Assembly: GCA_044220955.1 (NCBI GenBank)
Contig: JBGAQA010000013.1
Location: forward strand, 36,674-100,673
DNA: 64,000 nucleotides
Reading direction: 5' to 3'
From: Sandaracinaceae bacterium
GTDB taxonomy: Bacteria > Myxococcota_A > Polyangia > Polyangiales > Sandaracinaceae
This document shows, piece after piece, positions 49,400 to 60,543 of the stretch (positions are counted from its first letter, which is position 1; each line of letters begins with the position of its first letter). The translations under genes and the position numbers were made by a program. The notes beneath the pieces are model-generated. The model did not search any database. It was not told the DNA's origin and worked only from the letters and a program-made list of their open reading frames with translations.

Positions 49400-50698
49400 T
49401 TGAGCGACCCATGGGAAGTCGACTCGCAGCGAGTCGTCATCGTCGGGATGGGCGCCGCGGGGCTCGCGGCGGCGCTCGCCGCGCGGCATGCCGGCGCGCG
49501 CGTGCTGGTGATCGCCGCCGGGGAGGGGGCGAGCGGCGTCGCGAGCGGCACGTGGGACCTCGACACGGACCCGTCGGTGCAGCTCGCTGCGGATGCGCGC
49601 TCGCTCTCCGATCTGCTCACCGACCTCGCGCGCGCTCGGCCGGCGCATCCGCTCGCCGGGCCCGCGAGCCGGCCCGCGCTCGCGGCGCTGCTCGGCGAGC
49701 TCGAGCGGGCCCTGCCCGGCCTCGTCGCAGCTTCCCTCGAGGGCGAGCGCGCGCTCGTGGCCACCGAGCTGGGCCTGTTCCGGCGGCCGGCGCTGCGCCA
49801 GGACGCCCTGCTCGATCTCGGGGCGTTCTCGCGCGCGCGGATCGGAGTCGCGCGCTTGCCGTCACTGCACGGCCTCGATCCCGGGCTCGTGGCGGCCTCG
49901 CTCGAGGAGCTGGCGGTCGACGCCGGGCGTGCGCTGCGCTTCGCGCCCGTCGACGTGGGGCTCGAGGGGCCCGCCGACCTCGTGGAGCTCGCGCGCCGCC
50001 TCGACGCGCCGGCGGGACGAGAGCGCCTCGCGCAGGCGTTGCGCGATGCGCTCGTCGAGACGCCCTGCGACGCCGTCCTCTTGCCGCCGATCCTCGGCGT
50101 CGAGCGCTCCGACGTCCGCGCGATCGTGCAAGCCGCGGTGGGCCGGCCCGTGGGCGAGATGAGCGCTTCGGTCGCGGGCCCGCAGGCGATGCGCCCCAGC
50201 GCAGCCATCGCGCGCGCGCTCGCGGCGGTGGGAGTGACGCAGCGCGCGGCGTCGGTGTGCGCGGTGGAGGTCGAGCCGGATGGATTGCTCCTGACGCTCG
50301 CCGACGAGCCCTCCCCGCACGCGAAGAGCACGACGCTCCGCGCCCGTGTCGTGGTCCTGGCGACCGGCAAGCAGCCGACCGCGAGCCTGCTCTCCGCGGA
50401 GGGGCTCTGGCGCGAGCCGCTCGCAGGTCTGCCGATGTACGAACGAGGCCAGCCGCTCGGGCCGCGCGCCCTCGCGGACGCGGTCGTCGGTGTCCAGGTC
50501 GACGCCGAGATGCGCCCGCGGGCCGAGGGTGGGGAGCTGCTCTCGGAACACCTCTTCGCGTGCGGCGCCCTGCTCGACGGCATCGACGTGCTGGGGGTGG
50601 GCGCGGGCCGGGTCGGCGCGGCGCTCAGCGGATGGCTCGCTGGTGCTGGCGCGGGCCGGCGCGTCCACCGACGCCACCCGGACGACCGAGACGGCTGA
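49400..50698 (+). CDS. FAD-binding protein, GlpB-like (anaerobic glycerol-3-phosphate dehydrogenase subunit B)
   Basis: VIVGMGAAG, SG.WD, VLLPPILG, VVLATG, GVQVD..MRP, LFACG. Confidence 0.7.
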   Translation: MSDPWEVDSQRVVIVGMGAAGLAAALAARHAGARVLVIAAGEGASGVASGTWDLDTDPSVQLAADARSLSDLLTDLARARPAHPLAGPASRPALAALLGELERALPGLVAASLEGERALVATELGLFRRPALRQDALLDLGAFSRARIGVARLPSLHGLDPGLVAASLEELAVDAGRALRFAPVDVGLEGPADLVELARRLDAPAGRERLAQALRDALVETPCDAVLLPPILGVERSDVRAIVQAAVGRPVGEMSASVAGPQAMRPSAAIARALAAVGVTQRAASVCAVEVEPDGLLLTLADEPSPHAKSTTLRARVVVLATGKQPTASLLSAEGLWREPLAGLPMYERGQPLGPRALADAVVGVQVDAEMRPRAEGGELLSEHLFACGALLDGIDVLGVGAGRVGAALSGWLAGAGAGRRVHRRHPDDRDG

Positions 50699-50762
50699 AT
50701 TCGTTGCGTCGCTTCGCGCTGCGCGGCGAGGACCCGGGTCCCGTGATGTACACTCGGCTCCA

Positions 50763-51065
50763 ATGCGCGTCGCGATCTCGGCACTGGTGGGCGGCTCGGG
50801 GGTGTGCGTCGCGCTCGCGCGCGCCCAGCTCTGGCTCGCGGCGATCGTGGTCGGGCTCGTCTTCGCCGTGATCGCGTTCTCCGCGATGGGCGCGTCGCTC
50901 GGCGAGCGCTTCGAGACGCCGGACCTCGGCTGGGGCACGACCGACGTCGGCCTCGGCGCGATGCTGCGCGTGCAGCGCACGCCCTCGTGGCTCGGAGCCT
51001 GGTTGGGCATGATCCCCGTCTTGCTCTTCGTGACGGTGCTGATCGTGATGGCCCACTCCGGCTGA
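50763..51065 (+). CDS. Small hypothetical membrane protein
   Basis: 100 aa with about three hydrophobic segments. Confidence 0.55.
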   Translation: MRVAISALVGGSGVCVALARAQLWLAAIVVGLVFAVIAFSAMGASLGERFETPDLGWGTTDVGLGAMLRVQRTPSWLGAWLGMIPVLLFVTVLIVMAHSG

Positions 51066-51283
51066 GCCGTGGCCCTGCGGCGGACCGGCGAGAAGGGCGG
51101 ATGCGTCAGGTCAGCCCCTTCTGGGATCCCGTCCTCACGGGAACGATCCGCGGACCGATGACGAATGCGTCACCGCCGGAGCTCGTCCCCGCGTGTCGCG
51201 ACGAAACCGCGAGCGCCGCACGGAGCCGCGAATCCCCGCCGCCGTCGCGCGGGCCCTGGTAGGATCGCGGGCCTTTCTCTCGC

Positions 51284-54200
51284 ATGTCCACTCCGACCTC
51301 GCCGCCTCCTGCACAGCTCGGGCGCTACAAGATCCTGCGCCGCCTGGGCGCCGGCGGCATGGCCGAGGTGTTCCTCGCGAAGGTGACCGGCGCCGAGGGG
51401 CTCGAGAAGGTTCTCGTCGTCAAGCGCATCCTGGAGGCGTTCGCGCGCTCGCCGAAGTTCCTCGCGATGTTCGTCGACGAGGCGAAGCTCGCGCTCCGCC
51501 TGAACCACCCGAACATCGTGCAGGTCTACGCGTTCGAGCCCGTCAAGGACGAGCTGCTCCTCGCGATGGAGTACGTCGACGGAATGGACCTCGGCCGGCT
51601 CGTGTCGGCCGCGCGCCGCCGCAACCAGCGGATCCCGCACGCGCTCGCCGCGCTCGTCGTCTCGGAGGTCGCCAAGGGCCTCGACTACGCTCACAACCGC
51701 AAGGACGAGTCGGGCGTGCCGATGGAGATCGTGCACCGCGACGTGTCGCCGCAGAACGTGCTCGTCTCGCACGAGGGCGCGGTGAAGATCGCCGACTTCG
51801 GGATCGCGCGCGCGCGGATGATCACGGAGGAGACCGGGATCATCAAAGGGAAGTTCTCGTACATGTCGCCCGAGCAGGCGCGCGGCTCGCGCGTCGACCG
51901 GCGGAGCGACGTGTACGCGCTCGGCGTGATGCTGGCCGAGCTCCTGATGGGGCGCGCGATGTACCCGGGCATCCAGGGCATGGAGGTGCTCGAGCAGGTG
52001 CGCGACGGGCGCGTCACCAAGCCGAGCAGCGTCGACAGGGCAGTGCCGCCCGCGCTCGAGGCGATCGCGATGCGCGCGATGGCCTTCGATCGCGAGGAGC
52101 GCTTCCAGACGGCGCGCTCGCTCGCGGGCGCGCTCAGCCGCTGGCTGCACGAGCAGGACGAGGTGGTCGACCTCACCGAGCTCGAGCGCTTCGTCGGCGA
52201 GCTGGCGCCGCGCGAGCCGACGATGATCGTCGAGGCGCCCGTGCCCATGGAGGCGACCATGCTCTCCATGCCGAGCGGCCTGCCCTCGCCCGGGCACCGC
52301 GACGTGCGCGAGCGCCGCGGCGTCGTCGTCGTCGGCGGGCGCCTCCGACAGCGGCAGCCGGAGACGGGCAGCGGCTCCGTGAGCCTCGACACCGAGGATG
52401 GTGCGCAGGAGCACCTCGAGCAGGCCACGCGCGTGCTCTCGGACATCGCCTACAAGTACGACGCCATCCTCGAGTGGCCCGGTGGCGCCGACCGTCGCGA
52501 GTTCCGGCTCATCATCGGCCTCGGCAAGACGACCGTGGACGATCCGCTCCACGCGTGCCGCCTCGCGCTCGACGTGCTCGAGGCCCTGAGTGGCCTCTCG
52601 GCCGACGCGATCGCCCCGATCCACGCCTCGCTCGGGCTCTCGCGCGGCGCGGTGACCATCGTGCGCGGCGGCGCGGGCCGCGCGCGCCACGAGCCCACCG
52701 ACGAGGTCTTCGACGTGGCGGCGCGTCTGGCGCGCGAGGCCGGAATCGACGAGGTGTTCGCGAGCGGCGAGGTGTTCCGGCTCGCGCGGCGCGTGTTCCG
52801 CTTCGCCGAAGAGCGGCGCGAGGTCACGGTGAAGGACGGGACGACGTTGCGCGCGCATCGGCTCGTCGGCGCGCGCACGCGGGACGAGCGGAGCGAGGAG
52901 CAACGCAGCGTCGCGACGCAGGCGGGCCTGTTCGGCCGCGCGCACGAGCTCGAGGCGATCGCCGAGCTCCTCGCGGAGAGCGCGTCTTCGAAGAAGAGCG
53001 CGCAGCTCCTGCTCGTGGGCGAGCTCGGCGTCGGCAAGACCGCGCTGCTCTCCGCCGCGTTCCTGCGCTCGAAGGGGACCAGCGTCCTGCGCGTCGACTG
53101 CGCGTTCGGCGCCAGCGACGTGCCCAACGCGGCCGTCGCCGATCTCGTGCGCGAGGCCACGGGAATCGCCGAGAGCGCCGCGCCCGACACGGCGCTCGCC
53201 CAGCTGCGCGAGCGGCTGCGCCGGATCCTGCCCGGCACCGAGCGCCAGAAGAACGCGCTCGCCGCCTTCGAGCCGCTCCTCGGCGGCACCCGCTCCCGCG
53301 AGACCGAGGCGGGCGACCGCGCGCAGCTCCTCGCGCGGGGAGTGCGGGACCTCGTCGGAGCGCTCGCCGCGCGCGGGCCGACGGTCCTCTGGATCGACTC
53401 GGCGCAGTTCATCGACCAGGCGAGCCGCGAGATCCTCGTGCGGCTCGCCACCCAGACCCACGAGCGCCCGCTCCTCATCGTCGTGAGCACGCGGCCCGAC
53501 CCGCGCCTCGAGGAGGCCCTGCGGGGCCTGCCTCGGATCGACCTCGGCGAGCTCGCCGAGGACGACCGACGCGCGCTCATCGCCGCGCACTTCGTCGGTC
53601 CCGACGGAGCGGGCGCGACGGTGCCGCCGGAGGTCGCGCAGGCGATCGTGTCGCGGGCCGGCGGCAACCCCTTCTTCCTCGAGGAGCTGCTCGACGCGCT
53701 CGTCGAGCGCGGCGTGCTCGAGGTCGAGGGTGAGGGTGCCGAGCGGCGTGTCGTCCGAAAGGGCGCGGGCGCCTTCGCCCTCCCCGCGTCGCTCGAGGAC
53801 GTGATCGCCGCGCGCATCGCCGATCTCGCCGACCGCGAGCGCGTGACCTTGCGCTGGCTCGCCGTGGTCGGGGCGGGGCTGCGCGAGCACCAGGTCTCGG
53901 AGCTGATGGGCACCGACGCGATCGAGTCGCTGCGCGAGCTCGAGACGCGCGGCCTCGTCGAGCGCCACGACGGCGGCACGCTCCACTTCGCGAGCGGCGT
54001 CGTGCGACAGGTCGCCTACGAGAGCGCCGATCCCGCGGATCGCGCGCGGATGCACCGGCGCGTCGCGGCCTACCTCGCGGGGCTGCCGGCGCACGTGGCG
54101 CCCGCGCGCATCGCCAAGCACCACGAGCTCGCGTTCGAGCCGCTGGAGGCTGCGCGCTATTACCGCGCTGCAGGCCTGGCGGCGCGGGCTGCGTACTCGA

Positions 54201-55540
54201 ACAAGGACGCGCTCCGCTTCCTGGCGCGCTCTCTCGCGCTGCTTCCCGACTCCGCGCCGGAGCGCTTCGAGCTGCACGCCGAGCGGGAGCAGATCCTGCG
54301 CGTGGCGAGCCGCCGCGGCGAGCAGCGCACCGAGCTCGAGGCGATGCGTCAGCTCGCCGAGCGGCAGCGGGATCCTGCGCGCATCGCCCTCGCGTTCGCG
54401 CGCCTCGCGCGCCACGACCTGGACGCCGCGCGGACGGCGGGCGTGGAGGCGCTCCTCCGCCGCTCGCTCGACGCCTCCATCGAGGCCGGCGCGCGCGCGG
54501 CCGAGGTGGAGTCGCTGCGCCTTCTCGGGCAGCTCCGTCGCGACCTGGGCGACACCGAAGGCGCGCTCGAGGCGTTCGATCGGGCGCTCGCGCGAGCCGG
54601 GCTCGATCACGAGCACCTCTCGGCGCGCGGCATGACCCTCGTGCAGAAGGCGAGCCTGCTCTGGCGCAACGGCAGCTACGACCGTGCGGTCGAGTCGGCC
54701 GCGGAGGGTCTGGCGATCGCGCGGCGCCAGGGACACAAGGGCCACCAGGCGTCGGCGCTCAACCTCATCGGCGTCTCGCTCGCCAGCCAGGGCGCGTTCG
54801 AGGACGCGATCGCCTGCATCCGCGCGAGCATCGTGCTCGACCGGGCCGCCGGCGACCGGATCTACGTCGGCCGCAAGTGCAGCAACGTCGGGCAGATGCA
54901 CGCGGAGCTCGGCGACACCGAGCGCGCCCTCGAGCTGATCGGGCGCGCGCTCGAGGTCTTCGATCGCGCGGACGACCTGCCCGCGCGGACGGACACGCTC
55001 GCGGCGCTCGCGGAGATCCTCCTCGAGCAGAGGGGCGAGGTGGACGAGGCGCGGCGCGCGCTCGACGACTCGCTGCGCATCGCGACGCGCCTCGGCGATC
55101 CGAACGACCTCGCGCACGAGCGCGTCGTGCGCGCGGAGATCCACCTCCGCCAGCACGAGTACGAGGACGTCCGGGCGGCGGCGGAGGAGGCGGCGCGCTG
55201 GGCGCGGACCGCGGGCACCGCGGGCTACGAGCTGCAGGGCAAGGCGCTGCAGGCCGTCGCCCTCGCGACGCTCGGCCACCAGCAGGAGGCGCTCGCCATG
55301 CTCGACGAGGCGGAGAAGGCGACCCGCTCGGGACCCGTCGAGCGTGGAGAGCGCGTGCTCGGGTGGCTGGCGCGCGCGGCGCGCTGTCTCGGCGACCGCG
55401 ATCGCGCGCGCGCTCTGGCGATACGCGCCGAGGGCTTCGTGGTCGCCCGCGCAGAGCACCTTCGCGATCCGCAGCTGCGCGAGCGCTACCTCGAGAGCCC
55501 GGTCGTGACGGCCGTACGCGAGGAGCTGGCCTCCTCGTGA
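51284..55540 (+). CDS. Ser/Thr kinase + degenerate class III cyclase-like + AAA/STAND ATPase + TPR protein
   Basis: LGAGGMA, HRDVSPQN, DFG; FGRAHEL, GELGVGKT, LWIDSAQFID, GGNPFFLEEL; C-terminal TPR helices. Confidence 0.92.
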   Translation: MSTPTSPPPAQLGRYKILRRLGAGGMAEVFLAKVTGAEGLEKVLVVKRILEAFARSPKFLAMFVDEAKLALRLNHPNIVQVYAFEPVKDELLLAMEYVDGMDLGRLVSAARRRNQRIPHALAALVVSEVAKGLDYAHNRKDESGVPMEIVHRDVSPQNVLVSHEGAVKIADFGIARARMITEETGIIKGKFSYMSPEQARGSRVDRRSDVYALGVMLAELLMGRAMYPGIQGMEVLEQVRDGRVTKPSSVDRAVPPALEAIAMRAMAFDREERFQTARSLAGALSRWLHEQDEVVDLTELERFVGELAPREPTMIVEAPVPMEATMLSMPSGLPSPGHRDVRERRGVVVVGGRLRQRQPETGSGSVSLDTEDGAQEHLEQATRVLSDIAYKYDAILEWPGGADRREFRLIIGLGKTTVDDPLHACRLALDVLEALSGLSADAIAPIHASLGLSRGAVTIVRGGAGRARHEPTDEVFDVAARLAREAGIDEVFASGEVFRLARRVFRFAEERREVTVKDGTTLRAHRLVGARTRDERSEEQRSVATQAGLFGRAHELEAIAELLAESASSKKSAQLLLVGELGVGKTALLSAAFLRSKGTSVLRVDCAFGASDVPNAAVADLVREATGIAESAAPDTALAQLRERLRRILPGTERQKNALAAFEPLLGGTRSRETEAGDRAQLLARGVRDLVGALAARGPTVLWIDSAQFIDQASREILVRLATQTHERPLLIVVSTRPDPRLEEALRGLPRIDLGELAEDDRRALIAAHFVGPDGAGATVPPEVAQAIVSRAGGNPFFLEELLDALVERGVLEVEGEGAERRVVRKGAGAFALPASLEDVIAARIADLADRERVTLRWLAVVGAGLREHQVSELMGTDAIESLRELETRGLVERHDGGTLHFASGVVRQVAYESADPADRARMHRRVAAYLAGLPAHVAPARIAKHHELAFEPLEAARYYRAAGLAARAAYSNKDALRFLARSLALLPDSAPERFELHAEREQILRVASRRGEQRTELEAMRQLAERQRDPARIALAFARLARHDLDAARTAGVEALLRRSLDASIEAGARAAEVESLRLLGQLRRDLGDTEGALEAFDRALARAGLDHEHLSARGMTLVQKASLLWRNGSYDRAVESAAEGLAIARRQGHKGHQASALNLIGVSLASQGAFEDAIACIRASIVLDRAAGDRIYVGRKCSNVGQMHAELGDTERALELIGRALEVFDRADDLPARTDTLAALAEILLEQRGEVDEARRALDDSLRIATRLGDPNDLAHERVVRAEIHLRQHEYEDVRAAAEEAARWARTAGTAGYELQGKALQAVALATLGHQQEALAMLDEAEKATRSGPVERGERVLGWLARAARCLGDRDRARALAIRAEGFVVARAEHLRDPQLRERYLESPVVTAVREELASS

Positions 55541-56778
55541 TGCCCTTCGAGCGCGCGAGCATGCCGCCGCCCTCGGTGCACCGGGGCATCGCCGCGATCG
55601 TGCTCTCGGGCGGCGGGGCGCGCGGCGCGTACGAGGCCGGCGTGCTGCGCTACGTCTTCGGCGAGCTCCGCCAGCGCTACGGCGAGCCGCGCATCGACGT
55701 CGTGAGCGGCACGAGCGTCGGCGCCATCAACGGCGCGTTCCTCGCGTCGGTCATCCACGACGTGGGCCCGGGCGTGGAGCGCCTGAACAAGCTCTGGAGC
55801 GACCTCGAGCTCGATCGCGTGCTCGGGTTCGGCGTCGGCCAGGCCGTGCGCCTGCCGCGCGTGCTCTCGGGCGGGAGCGACGGCGCGGGCATCTTCGACG
55901 TCACGCCGCTGACGAAGATCGTCGGGCAGAACCTGCGCTGGGCCGACCTCGCGCGGAACGTGCGGCGCGGGCGCCTGCGCGCGCTCACGATCAGCGCCAC
56001 CCACGTCGCGACCGGACGCCCCTGGTGCTTCGTCGATCGCGCGCCCGACGTGCCGCTGCCCTCCGGGCTGCCGCCGACGATGGTGGTGCGCGCCGATCGC
56101 ATCGGCCCCGAGCACGTGCTCGCGAGCGCGGCCATCCCGGTGCTCTTCCCGCCGGTCCCCGTGCACGGCGACCTCTACGTCGACGGCGGCCTGCGTCTGA
56201 ACACGCCGATGTCGCCGGCGATCCACATGGGCGCCCGGCGCGTGCTCGTGATCGGGCTGATGGCGGCACCCACCGCGCCCGCGACACCGGCCTTCGCGCC
56301 AGGCGTGTTCCCGGGGATCGCGTTCCTCCTCGGCAAGATGATGAACGCGTTCCTGCTCGATCACGTCAACGCGGACTTCTACGAGCTCGAGCGCGTGAAT
56401 CGCATGCTCGACGACGGTATGGCGATCTACGGCCAGGACTTCGTCGACAAGCTGAACGAGCGCGCCGTGACGCATGGGCGCGCGCCGCGCGAGCGCATCC
56501 ACGCGCTGGCGATCCACCCGAGCGAGGACATCGGGCGGCTCGCCGCGACGCACCTGCGCAAGCACCGCGCGCGCTTCGGCAAGTTCCTCGGCCGGACGCT
56601 GCTCCGGCTGCTGGACATCGGCGAGGGCGCCGACGCCGATCTCGTGAGCTACCTGCTCTTCGACGGCGGCTTCGCGCGCGACCTGATGGATCTCGGCGAG
56701 CGCGACGCGCGCGCGAGGGAGGCCGAGCTCGCGCGCTTCTTCTTCGAGAGCGCGAGCCCGCTCGTCCCCTCGCCCTGA
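55540..56778 (+). CDS. Patatin-like phospholipase
   Basis: LSGGGARGAY, GTSVG, ASAAIP, DGG; TGATG overlap with the kinase gene. Confidence 0.95.
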   Translation: MPFERASMPPPSVHRGIAAIVLSGGGARGAYEAGVLRYVFGELRQRYGEPRIDVVSGTSVGAINGAFLASVIHDVGPGVERLNKLWSDLELDRVLGFGVGQAVRLPRVLSGGSDGAGIFDVTPLTKIVGQNLRWADLARNVRRGRLRALTISATHVATGRPWCFVDRAPDVPLPSGLPPTMVVRADRIGPEHVLASAAIPVLFPPVPVHGDLYVDGGLRLNTPMSPAIHMGARRVLVIGLMAAPTAPATPAFAPGVFPGIAFLLGKMMNAFLLDHVNADFYELERVNRMLDDGMAIYGQDFVDKLNERAVTHGRAPRERIHALAIHPSEDIGRLAATHLRKHRARFGKFLGRTLLRLLDIGEGADADLVSYLLFDGGFARDLMDLGERDARAREAELARFFFESASPLVPSP

Positions 56779-56794
56779 TCGGACCTCGTCCTCT

Positions 56795-56948
56795 TCAGGC
56801 CCGCGAGATCCGTCCGCTCGCCACGCCCTCTCTCAGCCGCGTCATCTCGACGGTCTCCGCGAGCACGATCAGCGTCGAGCCGCTCACGAGCGTGAACTCC
56901 GGGTCCGGGTTGTACTCGTAGCGGCCGTCGGGCATGCGCACCGCGATC
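56795..56948 (-). repeat. Direct repeat copy 1: displaced 3' end of the potassium channel gene (att-like)
   Basis: 154 bp matching 63139-63292 with 4 mismatches by manual alignment. Confidence 0.95.
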
Positions 56949-56952
56949 GATC

Positions 56953-57240
56953 ATGAACATCATGCTCGTCGCCGTGACGGAGCGGACGCGCGAGATCGGG
57001 ATGCGCACGGCCATCGGCGCGCGCGCGAGCGACGTGATGCTGCAATTCCTCATCGAGGCGATCAGGCTCTCCCTGGTCGGCGGCGTCACCGGCATCATCC
57101 TCGGGCTCGGCGACAGCTACGGCGCCACGCGCTACCTCGGGATCCCCTTCGTGGCAGGCTACGACGTCATTGCGGGCGCGTACTTCTTCGCGGGCCTGGT
57201 GGGGATCTCCCGCAGTAGCCCGCCGACGCAGCAGCGTTGA
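56953..57240 (+). pseudogene. MacB/FtsX-type ABC permease C-terminal fragment
   Basis: [23 protein letters not shown]...QFLIEA; N-terminus missing, C-terminus degenerate. Confidence 0.85.
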
Positions 57241-57289
57241 CGCGGCGACCCGGGGGCCGGACACTGACCAGGCCAGTACAGGGGGCCGC

Positions 57290-60200
57290 ATGTCGCGTGG
57301 GTCGGAGCTGACGCGTGTCTCTCTCTGCATCCTCTGCGCGCTCGCTGCGTTCCCGGTCGGGTGCGCCCCGCCTGATTTGAGTGCCAGCGAGGAGGACCTG
57401 ATCGAGGGGACGAGCGATCTCGTCGCCGCGGACGACGGCAGCTTCACGTTCGTCGACGACATCCGTCAGTGGCGGCGAGACTCGGTCGTCTTCGTTCGCT
57501 TCCCCGGTAACGACTGCTCGGCGACGCTCGTAGCCCCCGCACGTTGGCGACGGCGTCGCACTGCGTCGGGACCTTCGGAAGCGGACCCACCATGGCGTGC
57601 TTCGGCGCGCAGAATCCGAGCGGCACTGGCGCGCTACCAGCGGGGATGCCGCCGCAGCAGTGCTTTGCGGTCGTCGGGTGCGCGACGCACCAGGGCTCCC
57701 AGCGCGCTTGCGGTGACGGTCGGACCGACGCCAACGCACAGCGGGACCGCGACATCGCGATGCTGGTGCTCGAACAGCGCTTCGATCACGGTCAGACGGG
57801 TAGACGCACCCAGGACTTCCATGTCGTGCCCGCGCAGCTCGTGGCATCGGACCCTGGCAATGACCCGAGCCAATGGAACTCGCATCCTGTCCGCGTCGTC
57901 GGTTACGGTCCAAATGGCGGATGCCCCGAGACGGGTGTGCCTGGCACCTTCGGCCCGCTGCGCAGCGTCGGCGGCACGAGCGTCCGGTACGGCAACGTTC
58001 CGCTCGCCGACATCACGGCGACGATCGATCTGTGGGCTGCCGTCAGCATGGGGGGCGATAGTGGCGGTGCAGTGTTCGTGGATCGGCCTGACGAGGACGG
58101 GCCGCTGCAACTGCTTGCGGTGAATACGTACACCTACTTCGCGGCATTGAGCCCGTGCCCACCGTATGCCGATGGCGTGGATGCACACGATCGGGGCACA
58201 CGCGTCACGTACGCTGACGTCCAGTCCTTCCTGGCCCGCTTCCTGGGGCAGCGCTTCCTCGCGCCGCCGCCGCCGCCGTCGATGCCAGCCGTGGCCGGCG
58301 AGCTCGTCTGCCAGGCCGGTGTTCCGGCGCTGTGGCTCGGCGACGTGAACGTTGCGCCGGTGGGGGAGCCCGAGCGCGTCGGCTTCGTCGACCCGGCGAC
58401 CGGCCTCGCCGCAGATGTGTTCGATCCGGACGGCGATGGGCTCGCAGGAGCGGCGGACAACTGCTGGGGCATCCGCAACGACGATCAGAGGCTGGGCGAC
58501 CCGACGAACCCCAGCCTCGCGTCGTGTGTGCGGCCCTCAAGCGGCGCGACGGTCTCGTACGGCTGCGACCCGGCGACCTCGAGCGCACCCGGGGCGCTCG
58601 AGACCTCCATCGATCCGGACGGCGACCGGATTCCGACGCCCTGTGACATGTGTCCGTGGGTCCGCGATTTCGATCAGCGCGATCGCAACGGGAACGGGAT
58701 CGGCGACGCGTGCCGCTGCGGCGATCCGCGGGTGCCTCCGGGGGCGCCGTGCGACGTGGACACGGACGGCGACGAATACCCAGACGACGTCGATAACTGT
58801 GCGGGCGTGCCCAACGCCGATCAGCGCGACTGCAACGCGGATGCCGAGATTCACGTGCCAGGCGCCGCCGTGCTCGGGGACGCGTGCGACACGACGCCTT
58901 GCGTGACCACGGTCATCGAGAGCGACACGGGGCGCGGGGACGCCAGCGCGATCGTCATCGACCGGGTGCGAGGGGATCCCACCGGGACTTCGCCTGGCTC
59001 CTTCCGCACGGGCTTCCGCTTCTGCCCCTGTTCGGTCGCGAGTGACAACTCGTCCACATCGCGCGACCGCTGCGAGTCTTTCAACGTGTCGGACCGGTCC
59101 GGCGGCTGCGAGATTGCTAACCCGGCCCTCTTCCTCCTCCCGACGACGCCGCCGCTCGAGCGCGCCGACTTCCGTCGGGTCACGCTCAGCCCCGGCTCCG
59201 TCGATTCGGTCGGGCGGGTCGATCTGGTGCACGACCTGCCCATCGTCTTCACCTTCGACTCCGGGTGGGACATCACGCGGACGGATGCTCCCCGGTGGGA
59301 GACCGCGTTTCCGACGTTCTACCCCGCGTCCACGTCACCGAGCCCACCCGCTAGGGGCACCCCGATCCACGGCGTCTTCTGGAGCCTCACGTTGGGGCCG
59401 ACCGCGGGTACACCTTTCGGCGGCGACCCGGCGCGTCTCGCGAGTAGCTACTTCAGCGGGCCGATCGCGGACACGTTCGCCCTCGTCGGGACTCCGCCAC
59501 CGCGCGAGCCGTTCGTGCCGTTCCTGCCCCTCCCAATGGACAACGGGTTCTGTGTGTTCTGTGGCGACCAGCTCCCGATCCCGTGGGCCGTGCTCCCGTG
59601 TCTCGATCGGCGCTGCACGGGCCTCGACCCGACCGATCCGTCGATCGCGCTGCGCGACGCGCTGGTCAGGCCGAGCGTCGCGCCCGCGTTCCATCCGCCG
59701 GGGCTCGAGCTGCTCGGCGGGCTCGGCACCGCGCGGTGGGCGGCCGCGCCCGAGCCCTTCGCGCTCGACGACGCCGCAGCGCTCCGGTTCGTCGCGCTCG
59801 ACGCCTCGAGCGCTCTCCCCGTGCGGCTCCTGACCGGCGCAGGATCGCTCGCGAGCTTCGGCAAGGGTGGGTGCCCGCCGGAGCAGCAGTGCTTCCAGTT
59901 CCCGCTGACGAGCGCAGCGACCGTCGACGCCGCGGGGAAGGAGTCGCCGCCCGAGCGGAGCGACTTCGCGCTCGCCGTCTCCGCGACACGCGCCTGCGCG
60001 TGGATCGTGGGCGGGCGAACGAGCGGCGGAGCGGAGCTGCACGACGTGTGGCTCTACGGTGCCACCAACGCGAGCTGGCAGCCCTTGATCTTCACTGGCG
60101 TGGCCCTCGGACGCGTGCGAGCGCTCGCCTACGCCGCCGACGAGCAGGCGCTTTATCTGCTGGACGAGATCGACGCCGGTCGGCGCGCATCGGTGCGCCT

Positions 60201-60543
60201 AGTGCGTGCCGCTGCGTTCGGAGGTGCGGCGGTCGTTGTGGGCACGTGGCCGCGCTCGCGGGTGAGTGACGCCGTCGTGCTCGCGGCGGACGGCCGAGCG
60301 CACCTCTGGCTGGGTGCGTCGAATGGTGGCGCCCACGCCGTGACGCGCCTCTCACGCGACGCGCGTGATCGATGGCTCGCGGACGGGTTCCGCGCCAGTC
60401 CCGGGGCGCTCGAACGGGACGGCGCCTACGCGAACGTGCGCGGCCTCTCGATCGCGGTGCGTCGAGCGGACGGGCGGAGCGAGATTGTCGGCTACGACGC
60501 TCGGGACCTGGTCCCGCGCGGGGGGCCGGAGCGATGCTTCTGA
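57290..60543 (+). pseudogene. Large trypsin-like serine protease lipoprotein with thrombospondin type 3-like repeats, frameshifted near 57534-57538
   Basis: Lipobox PVGC, then CSATLVAP in one frame and TASHC/DIAML/GDSGG in another; DGDG..D..DNC repeats; Kelch-like C-terminus. Confidence 0.8.
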
